A DNA stretch of 64,000 nt from assembly GCA_020199905.1 (NCBI GenBank), contig JAIVJS010000071.1, forward strand, positions 8,668-72,667, written 5' to 3'. This stretch comes from Acidobacteriota bacterium. GTDB lineage: Bacteria > Acidobacteriota > Thermoanaerobaculia > UBA5066 > Gp7-AA6. Below, in pieces: positions 57,385-64,000 of this stretch. Below the pieces are notes generated by a model. It saw nothing but the letters and a program-made list of their open reading frames with translations, searched no databases and was not told the DNA's origin. Numbering within the stretch: the stretch's first letter is position 1; each line of letters opens with the position of its first letter. The translations under genes were made by a program, and so were the position numbers.

Positions 57385-58557
57385 TTATCCGATCGCGAGG
57401 CCGGCGTCCCGGAAGATCTCGCGGGCGATGATCAGCCGGTGTATCTCGCTCGTTCCTTCGTAGATCTCGGTGATCCTGGCGTCGCGAAAGTTCCGCTCCA
57501 CCGGGTACTCCTTGGTGTAGCCGTAACCCCCGTGGATCTGGAGGGCCTTCGTCGTGACGCGCTGTGCCATCTCCGCGGCGAACAGTTTGGCCTCCGCCGC
57601 CTCCAGGCCGTAACGGCCGCCGTTCTTCTTCGTCATGTCCTTGACCGCCGCCGCCCGCCGGGTCAGAAGCCGCGCCGCGTCGACGTCGGTCGCCATGTCG
57701 GCCAGGTAGAAGCGGATCACCTGGAACTCCGCGATCGCCTTGCCGAACGCGCGCCTCGCCTTCGCGTACCGGACGGCGGCCTCCATCGCCTCGGTCGCGA
57801 TCCCGACCGCCTGTGCGGCGATGCCGATGCGGCCGCCGTCGAGAGTCGACATCGCGATCTTGAAGCCGTCGCCCTCGTTTCCGAGCATGTTCTCCGCCGG
57901 GACCAGCACGTCGGTCAGGAAGATCTCGACCGTTCCGGAGGCGTTGACTCCGAGCTTCACCTGATGGCGGGACCGGTCGAACCCGGGCGACGCGGCGTCG
58001 ACCAGGAAAGCGGAGATCCCGCGCGATTTCTTCTCCGGGCTCGTCATCGCGAACAGAACGCAGACGTCGGCGTCCGACCCGCAGGTGATGAAGACTTTCT
58101 GGCCGGAGATCTTCCAGTGACCGCCCTCGCTCACGGCCCGCGTCTGCTGATTGGCGGCGTCCGATCCCGCGTTGGGCTCCGTCAGGGCGAAGCAGCCGAG
58201 CTTCTCCCCTTTCGCCAGCGGCTCCAGGAATCTCGTCTTCTGGTCGGCGTTTCCGAATTTCTCGATCGGATCGCAGACTAAGGAGTTGTTCACCGAGAGG
58301 ATCACCCCGAGATTGGCGCAGACGCGCGAGATCTCCTCGATCACGATCGAGTACGCCACGACGTCCATCCCGGAGCCCCCGTGCTCGACGGGAACGGAGA
58401 CGCCCGCCAGGCCGAGCTGGCCGGCCTGGTGGAAGAGGTCCTTCGGAAATTCCCCCGACTGGTCGATGACGGCCGCGCGGGGCCGCACGACGTTCTCGGC
58501 AAACTCCCGGACCGCCGACTGGAGGAGGCTCTGGTCCTCCGTGAGGTCGAAATTCAT
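57385..58557 (-). CDS. acyl-CoA dehydrogenase (paralogue)
   Basis: 'MNFDLTEDQSLLQ...FALTEPNAGSDA...GGYGYTKEYPVERNFRDARITEIYEGTSEIH'. Confidence 0.9.
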   Translation of the reverse strand: MNFDLTEDQSLLQSAVREFAENVVRPRAAVIDQSGEFPKDLFHQAGQLGLAGVSVPVEHGGSGMDVVAYSIVIEEISRVCANLGVILSVNNSLVCDPIEKFGNADQKTRFLEPLAKGEKLGCFALTEPNAGSDAANQQTRAVSEGGHWKISGQKVFITCGSDADVCVLFAMTSPEKKSRGISAFLVDAASPGFDRSRHQVKLGVNASGTVEIFLTDVLVPAENMLGNEGDGFKIAMSTLDGGRIGIAAQAVGIATEAMEAAVRYAKARRAFGKAIAEFQVIRFYLADMATDVDAARLLTRRAAAVKDMTKKNGGRYGLEAAEAKLFAAEMAQRVTTKALQIHGGYGYTKEYPVERNFRDARITEIYEGTSEIHRLIIAREIFRDAGLAIG

Positions 58558-58561
58558 GGGA

Positions 58562-58800
58562 GCCGGAGTATAGGCCGAAGGCGCGGGAGGCGGGAGGCGG
58601 GAGGGCGAAGGCGGAGAAGCTCTCAGCTGTCAGCTCTCAGCTTCCCGCCGGCGCCGGTCGCCGGACGATCCGGCGAAAGGCGAAACAAGATCGGGGCAGC
58701 GGCGTCTCTTTCAATTCCCGATCTAGTTGACCGCGGAGTACCGCGGCCGTCTCGCTTCCGTAGGTCGCTCGGTTCCCGGATCCCGTTCTCCGGCCCGCCT
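58562..58800. repeat. heptamer block ((GCGGGAG)n, (CTCAGCT)n) plus dispersed ~80-bp repeat copy D (58690-58800)
   Basis: 'gcgggaggcgggaggcgggagggcgaaggcggag', 'ctctcagctgtcagctctcagc', and 'aattcccgatctagttgaccgcggagtaccgcggccgtctcgcttccgtaggtcgctcggttccc'. Confidence 0.8.
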
Positions 58801-59986
58801 ACCGCCTGCCGCCTTCCGTCCTCATCATCCACATCCCCTTCAGGTACTCCCCCTCCGGGCAGTCGATCGAGACGGGATGATCGGGTCCGGCCCCCTGACG
58901 CGCGAACAGCGAAAACTCGGAGCCCGATTCGATCTCCGCGGCGAAGACGATCTGCTGGAAGAGTGTCGCGTCGACCGCGCCGGAGCAGGAACAGGTCAGG
59001 AGGAGGCCGCCCGGCGCGATGAGCCGCATCGCGAGACGGTTGATGTCCTTGTAACCGCGCGCTGCGCGGTCCACGTCCGCGCGCTTCTTGGCGAACGCAG
59101 GCGGGTCGCACACGACGGCATCCCAGCTCTCTCCGGCGGCGACACGCCGCCGGAGATCCTCGAATACGTCGGCGCGAACGAAGTCGTCGCTGCCCGAGTC
59201 GAACCCGTTCGCGCGGCGGTGTTCGCCGGCGAGATCGAGCGCGGCTTCCGACGCATCGACATCGACGGCTCGCGACGCGCCTCCCGCGAGCGCGGCGACG
59301 GAGAATCCTCCCGAGTAGGAGAAGAGGTTCAGAACCCGGCGGCCGGCGGCCAGCGACCTGAGTCGCGACCGGTTTTCCCGCTGGTCGAGGAAGAACCCCG
59401 TCTTCTGCCCCGACGCGAGGTCCGCGAAGAAGCGCAGGCCGTTCTCGCGGAAAGGAACTCGGGAGTGCGGTCCGTCCGGCGGCGGACCGGAGGCTCCCGG
59501 CGCGCTCCCGACGCGTTCCGCTCCCGTCCGGCGGACGATCACCTTCTCGAGCTCGAACGCGCGCAGCGCCTCCCGCTCGAAGAGCGATCCCGACGCTTCC
59601 ACTCCTCCGGCGGACAGCTCGAGGACGCCCGTCGCTCCGTAAACGTCGAGGGTGACGCCCGGACACCGGTCTCCTTCGGAATTGATCGCGCGGAATCCCG
59701 TCGTCTCGGGAGGAAGGATTGCGGCGCGCATCTTCCGCGCCGAATCGAACCGCTCTCCGAACTGACCCGGACTCACCGAAGCCTCCCCGAAGACCCAGAG
59801 CCTCGCGACGATCTGCGATTCCGGGGAATAGGCGCCCGCGGCGAGCCGTTCCCCGTCCGCCGAGACGACTTCCGCCCACGCGTCGCCACCGTCGCCCTCC
59901 CGGCGGGCCACAGCCCCCGAAAAGAGCCAGGGGTGCCGCCGGCGGACGGAAGCGTCCCGCCCCGCCTTCAGAACGAGCCGGATCAC
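58799..59986 (-). CDS. rlmI: 23S rRNA m5C methyltransferase RlmI-like (PUA + class I SAM MTase)
   Basis: N-terminal PUA-like region and SAM-MTase motifs ('LNLFSYSGGFSVAA', 'VCDPPAF'). Confidence 0.75.
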   Translation of the reverse strand: MIRLVLKAGRDASVRRRHPWLFSGAVARREGDGGDAWAEVVSADGERLAAGAYSPESQIVARLWVFGEASVSPGQFGERFDSARKMRAAILPPETTGFRAINSEGDRCPGVTLDVYGATGVLELSAGGVEASGSLFEREALRAFELEKVIVRRTGAERVGSAPGASGPPPDGPHSRVPFRENGLRFFADLASGQKTGFFLDQRENRSRLRSLAAGRRVLNLFSYSGGFSVAALAGGASRAVDVDASEAALDLAGEHRRANGFDSGSDDFVRADVFEDLRRRVAAGESWDAVVCDPPAFAKKRADVDRAARGYKDINRLAMRLIAPGGLLLTCSCSGAVDATLFQQIVFAAEIESGSEFSLFARQGAGPDHPVSIDCPEGEYLKGMWMMRTEGGRR

Positions 59987-60126
59987 CGCGCGAGGCCGCG
60001 GGCCAGGCCGCGAACGACGGACCTCAACAAACGGGGCCGGAGGTCCGTATCAACGGGGGAACACACCTGATCTCCTCCTCGGCCCCTCGCAAGAGGGGCC
60101 TTCTTTTTCGCCAGGCGTCCGGAAGG

Positions 60127-60876
60127 TCAGGGCTGGTTGAGGCTCCAGTCGTACTCCAGGAATTCCGGCTCGGAGGCGAAGCCCGCGAGCCAGGTCGCGG
60201 TCGCGGGGTCCGAAACAAATTTCGCGAGGTCCTTCACGAGGGAGCCGCCCCCGTCGCGCTCGAACTCCTTGCGGTTCCAGAAGAAGATCTTCGACAGAGA
60301 GACCTTTCCCTTCTGACGGTCGATCGAGTTCTTCGAAGCGTCGTTCACGAATGCCCGCCCCTGCCGATCGAGCTCCGCGGACAACCCGGCCGCCGTGTAG
60401 GCCTTGCCGGCCAGCGGCGGGCAGGACCTGGAGGCGCAGACGATCGCGAAATGGATTCGCGCGTCCTTGTCCTCGCGGAGCTTGTTCTCGATCCCGTCGA
60501 GCGTCAGCATTTCCCCGCCCACCTTGTGAGTCACCTTTTTGAACGCGCCGTCGATGTCGAGAATGCTCTTCGTCGGGTAACGGTCGAGGACAGTTGCGAC
60601 GGCGCACGCGTTGTAGGCGTTGATGTAGAACGCCTTCTTCTCTTCCGGCGACATCTTCGACGGATCGGCGTCGCCGACATTGGCGAGATACGCCGCGAGC
60701 CGCTTCTTGTCCTGGCCCGTCGCCCCCGCGTAATCAAACCCCCCGTTCCGCGCCCGCGCCTGAAGGATGGCGTCGAACACGGCGTTGTCCGGGGGCGCGG
60801 CGGCCGCGATCGCGGAAAGACCCCATGCGGCCAGAAACAGGCAGACCATGGAGGCGCGCGTCGTGTTTGTGCTCAT
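60127..60876 (-). CDS. DUF547-domain secreted protein
   Basis: Signal peptide. 'AFYINAYNACAV' and 'IHFAIVCASRSCPPL' are DUF547 hallmarks. Confidence 0.7.
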   Translation of the reverse strand: MSTNTTRASMVCLFLAAWGLSAIAAAAPPDNAVFDAILQARARNGGFDYAGATGQDKKRLAAYLANVGDADPSKMSPEEKKAFYINAYNACAVATVLDRYPTKSILDIDGAFKKVTHKVGGEMLTLDGIENKLREDKDARIHFAIVCASRSCPPLAGKAYTAAGLSAELDRQGRAFVNDASKNSIDRQKGKVSLSKIFFWNRKEFERDGGGSLVKDLAKFVSDPATATWLAGFASEPEFLEYDWSLNQP

Positions 60877-60937
60877 GTGATCTCCTCGTCGAATCGTATA
60901 CGGACGGCCGCCCGCCGTGGATTCCGGGAGGCGGCGG

Positions 60938-61963
60938 TCAGAACGCGGAGAGGATGCCGTACGAGAGCGCTCCGATCGCGCCCGCCATGGGAATGGTGAG
61001 GACCCACGCGTAGACGATCTGGGACGCGACCCCCCATCGGACAGCGGAAAAGCGCTGTGTCGCGCCGACGCCGATGATCGACCCGGTAATGGTGTGCGTC
61101 GTGGACACGGGAATGCCCCAGATCGAGGCGATCAGAACGGTAAGCGCCCCTCCGGTCTCGGCGCAGAACCCCGAGAAGGGCTTCAACTTCGTGAGCCGGC
61201 TGCCCATCGTTCGCACGATCCTCCAGCCGCCGGTCAGCGTCCCGAGCGCGATCGCCGCGTGGGCGGCGAGCACGATCCAGATCGGAATGGTCTTCACGTT
61301 CGGCAGATACATGAAGTGAAGGGATGACGACGGGTCCGCGAACACGGTCCTGTTGGCCACGAGAAGCCCGGCGATGATCCCCATCGTCTTCTGGGCGTCG
61401 TTCGTTCCGTGCGACAGCGAAAAGAACGCCGCGGAGACGAGCTGCGCCCGGCGAAACCAGCGGTCGACCGACGCGTAGGCGGCGCGCCGGAACGTCCAGG
61501 ATACCGCGACCATCAGGCCGAACCCGAAGATCATCCCGATGAGCGGCGAGAGAACGATGAAGGAGAGCGTCCTCACCCACGCCGCGCCCGGCACGATCGC
61601 TTTGATGCCGACGCGCGCGATCGCGGCGCCGGAATATCCGCCGATCAGGGCGTGCGACGAGGACGATGGAATGCCGAAGTACCAGGTGATGAGGTTCCAG
61701 AGAATGGCGCCGATGAGGCCGCCGAGCACGACGTTCGAGTTGACGACGTTCACGTCGATCAAGCCGGACCCGATTGTCCTCGCGACGGCCGTTCCGAAGA
61801 CGAAGGCCGCGACGAAGTTGAAGAATGCGGCCCAGAAGACCGCCATCAGCGGCGAGAGAACGCGCGTCGACACGACCGTGGCGATGGAGTTCGCCGAGTC
61901 GTGCATCCCGTTGATGAAGTCGAAGACGAGCGCCACCCCGATGATGGCCAGGATGAAGATCAC
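60938..61963 (-). CDS. pitA: inorganic phosphate transporter, PiT family
   Basis: 'GMHDSANSIATVVSTRVL' and 'SHGTNDAQKTMGII' PiT signature repeats. Confidence 0.9.
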   Translation of the reverse strand: MIFILAIIGVALVFDFINGMHDSANSIATVVSTRVLSPLMAVFWAAFFNFVAAFVFGTAVARTIGSGLIDVNVVNSNVVLGGLIGAILWNLITWYFGIPSSSSHALIGGYSGAAIARVGIKAIVPGAAWVRTLSFIVLSPLIGMIFGFGLMVAVSWTFRRAAYASVDRWFRRAQLVSAAFFSLSHGTNDAQKTMGIIAGLLVANRTVFADPSSSLHFMYLPNVKTIPIWIVLAAHAAIALGTLTGGWRIVRTMGSRLTKLKPFSGFCAETGGALTVLIASIWGIPVSTTHTITGSIIGVGATQRFSAVRWGVASQIVYAWVLTIPMAGAIGALSYGILSAF

Positions 61964-62020
61964 GCGCGCCCCGGCGGGCGCAGCCGCGCGCGAAAGAAAG
62001 AGGGCATCATCGCGCGGGCG

Positions 62021-62635
62021 TCAGGAATGCTTGAGAACGACGCTCTCGAGGACGTGCGCGACCCCCTCGCACTGGTCGATGCAGGCTTCCATGTTCTCGT
62101 AGACGTCCTTCCACTTGATGATCTCGATGGTGTCGATTCCGCCGCGGAACAGGGAAGCGACGGCCTCGTGGTAGGCGACGTCTCCCTCGTTCTCGAGCTG
62201 CTTGATCCGGATGCAGTGCTCGATCACGCCCTTCTGCGTCCTGAGATCCGCGACGGCCTCGACGAGCTCTCCCGTGACGGTGACGATCACCTGCGCGAGA
62301 CGCTTGGAGATGGGAGTCGGCTCGTTGATGTTGTAGAGAACGAGCCGCCGGACGGTGCCGTCGATCAGATCGATGACGTCGTCCAGGCGCACGGCCAGGC
62401 GGTGGATGTCTTCCCGGTCGATCGGGGTGATGAACGTCCGGTCGATCCCGCGCAGGATCTGGTGCGAGATCTCGTCGCACTCGTGTTCCAGCCTCTTGAT
62501 CTGGTCGGCGACTCCCGCGACCGGCGACTCGCCGCTGAAGAAACGAGCCAGCATCCGCGCGCTCTCGTGGATGCGGCGCGCCAGCTCCGAGAACTGATCG
62601 AAGTACTTCTCCTCGCGGGGAAGGATATTGAACAC
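62021..62635 (-). CDS. DUF47 (PhoU-like) phosphate-transport regulator, partner of PiT
   Basis: Typical DUF47 located upstream of pit. Confidence 0.8.
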   Translation of the reverse strand: MFNILPREEKYFDQFSELARRIHESARMLARFFSGESPVAGVADQIKRLEHECDEISHQILRGIDRTFITPIDREDIHRLAVRLDDVIDLIDGTVRRLVLYNINEPTPISKRLAQVIVTVTGELVEAVADLRTQKGVIEHCIRIKQLENEGDVAYHEAVASLFRGGIDTIEIIKWKDVYENMEACIDQCEGVAHVLESVVLKHS

Positions 62636-62970
62636 ATGGCCTCCGGAAAAGTCGGCGGCATGCTATCGCACGCTTCACGCCGTTTTTGCTTCCCGGGAGC
62701 GAGCCGGTCCAACCCGCGCGACCTCGAACGGTTTCCGGCGCGTCCTCCGCGCGTCTCAGGGAAGGCGGGCGGTCCGATTGGCGCTGAATGAGGCCGACAG
62801 ATGCACGGCTTCGGCTGGATCGGGATCCGCGTCTGCCAGCGTCTCGGCGGCGGCGGCGATCGAGGCGATTCGTCGCCGTCGGACCCGAGAGCCGCCGAAG
62901 GCATTCCCGGACGTGCCGCCTGCGAGGCCCCCCTGGTGGCGCTTGAATTGCAGCGTCTCCTGGGAGTCCC

Positions 62971-63804
62971 ATGAAGACCATCGCGCACATCTCGGATCTC
63001 CACTTCGGGCGCATCGATCCGGAGACCCTGGAGCCGCTGCGGAAGGCGATCGTCGAGTTATCCCCGGACCTCGTCGTGGTCACGGGAGACCTCACTCAGC
63101 GCGCGCGCCGCCGCCAGTTCCAGGAGGTGCGCGAGTTTCTGGACGGTCTTCCGAAGCCGCAGATCGTGGTCCCGGGGAATCACGACGTGCCCCTCTACAG
63201 GGTCGTGGCGCGATTCCACCATCCGTTTCGTCTGTTCCGCCGGTACATCACCGACGATCTCGAACCGTCGTACTCCGACGACGAGATCGCCGTCGTCGGG
63301 ATCAACACGGCCCGCTCGTGGACCACGAAGTTCGGCCGGATCAACCGCGAACAGGCGCGGCGCACCCATGCTCGATTTCGCGCTTCCGGTCCGGGCATCA
63401 CGCGGATCGTGGCGACCCACCACCCCTTCGATCTGCCGGAGGGCTCAGACGCGCGTGACATCGTAGGGCGCGCCCGGATGGCGATGGAGGTCCTGGCGGA
63501 GTGCGGCACGGACCTCTTTCTGGCCGGCCACGTCCATCGAAGCCACTCCGGCCAGACGGCGGCGCGGTACCGGATCGCTGGCCACTCCGCGCTGTTTCTC
63601 ACGGCCGGGACGGCCACTTCGACGCGCGGACGGGGAGAAACGAACTCGTTCAACTGGATCCGGATCGCAAAGCCGCTGCTCGACGTCCGCCGCCACACTT
63701 TCCTCCGCGAGTCAGGAACCTTTGTCCCCCTGGAGGAGCAGCTCTTCGAGCACACGGAGGCCGGCTGGGCGAAACGGCAGGCCGCCGCTCTCACGGCACC
63801 CTGA
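62971..63804 (+). CDS. metallophosphoesterase (calcineurin-like)
   Basis: 'ISDLHFG', 'VVTGDL', 'GNHD', 'GHVH' motifs. Confidence 0.8.
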   Translation: MKTIAHISDLHFGRIDPETLEPLRKAIVELSPDLVVVTGDLTQRARRRQFQEVREFLDGLPKPQIVVPGNHDVPLYRVVARFHHPFRLFRRYITDDLEPSYSDDEIAVVGINTARSWTTKFGRINREQARRTHARFRASGPGITRIVATHHPFDLPEGSDARDIVGRARMAMEVLAECGTDLFLAGHVHRSHSGQTAARYRIAGHSALFLTAGTATSTRGRGETNSFNWIRIAKPLLDVRRHTFLRESGTFVPLEEQLFEHTEAGWAKRQAAALTAP

Positions 63805-64000
63805 CGCGGAGGCCTGCCGCGACCACCGCGACCTCGATGGGCGGCGCGAGCCACGACAGCTCGCCGTCCGTGGCGACCTGGATCCGGCGGCGAGGCGAAT
63901 CGAGCCGCAGCCGGGGCGTCGCAAGCGACTGGAAGTCACCGAACGTCCCCGCGACTCCCAGAACGTAACGCGTCATCGCGAGGGCGAACGCGCCGCGCGT
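63791..64000 (-). CDS. diacylglycerol-kinase-family lipid kinase, C-terminal fragment (5' end beyond window)
   Basis: C-terminal '...RIQVATDGELSWLAPPIEVAVVAAGLRVRVP' resembles the DAGK_cat/YegS C-terminus ('vDGE...lrv'). Confidence 0.4.
   Translation of the reverse strand, partial: TRGAFALAMTRYVLGVAGTFGDFQSLATPRLRLDSPRRRIQVATDGELSWLAPPIEVAVVAAGLRVRVP

Noticed and set aside
1-64000. Insertion sequences, integrases, phage genes, toxin-antitoxin pairs, tRNA/rRNA genes
   Set aside because: No transposase/integrase-like reading frames, cloverleaf-like tRNA candidates or rRNA-like segments were recognised by eye. The window looks like core chromosome with an embedded lanthipeptide locus.

Overview
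This is a very GC-rich (about 68-70%) bacterial chromosomal segment, densely coded on both strands, with no rRNA, tRNA, CRISPR array or transposase recognised. Its content falls into six blocks.

- **(1) 1-4.5 kb: housekeeping genes.** A partial recO, an MFS transporter, a small Zn-ribbon ORF translationally coupled to a futalosine-pathway radical-SAM enzyme (MqnC/MqnE), and DUF3179/DUF374 genes.
- **(2) 5-13 kb: aa3-type cytochrome c oxidase locus, minus strand.** The order is cupredoxin-like lipoprotein, coxB, coxA, ctaA (heme A synthase), ctaB (heme O synthase), a small TM peptide, subunit IV, coxC, DUF420.
- **(3) 13-20.6 kb: ccmA'-ccmB remnant and a Ser/Thr-phospho signalling cluster.** The ccmA'-ccmB remnant is an in-frame deletion fusion. 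The signalling cluster holds a cNMP-FHA protein, a STAS anti-sigma-antagonist, an FHA-GAF-PP2C phosphatase, a coiled-coil FHA protein, an RsbW-like GHKL kinase and an HExxH protein.
- **(4) 20.7-36.2 kb: an NHLP-leader class II lanthipeptide gene cluster, minus strand.** It runs from a sensor-less sigma-54 activator and a sigma-54 promoter through the NHLP precursor (GG leader, 22-aa core) and a strong hairpin to LanM. It continues with a tandem-fused double TolC-like outer membrane factor, HlyD, a C39-peptidase ABC transporter and an FHA+cNMP-domain ABC transporter. Three of its genes carry frame-disrupting lesions.
- **(5) 36.4-41 kb: ccmCDEF.** CcmE is the Cys (CxxxY) variant. A low-complexity secreted protein follows.
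- **(6) 41-64 kb: mixed metabolic and transport genes.**
  - two MBL-fold hydrolases
  - a large membrane protein
  - a MacAB-like efflux operon
  - lpdA
  - an AhpD-like selenoprotein candidate (in-frame UGA in a CxxU motif plus a downstream hairpin)
  - a Liv-type substrate-binding protein
  - two acyl-CoA dehydrogenase plus disordered-tail-protein modules
  - rlmI
  - DUF547
  - PiT/DUF47
  - a metallophosphoesterase
  - a partial lipid kinase

Intergenic regions are populated by an ~80-bp dispersed repeat (5 copies) and by tandem heptanucleotide repeat arrays of at least five motif types.
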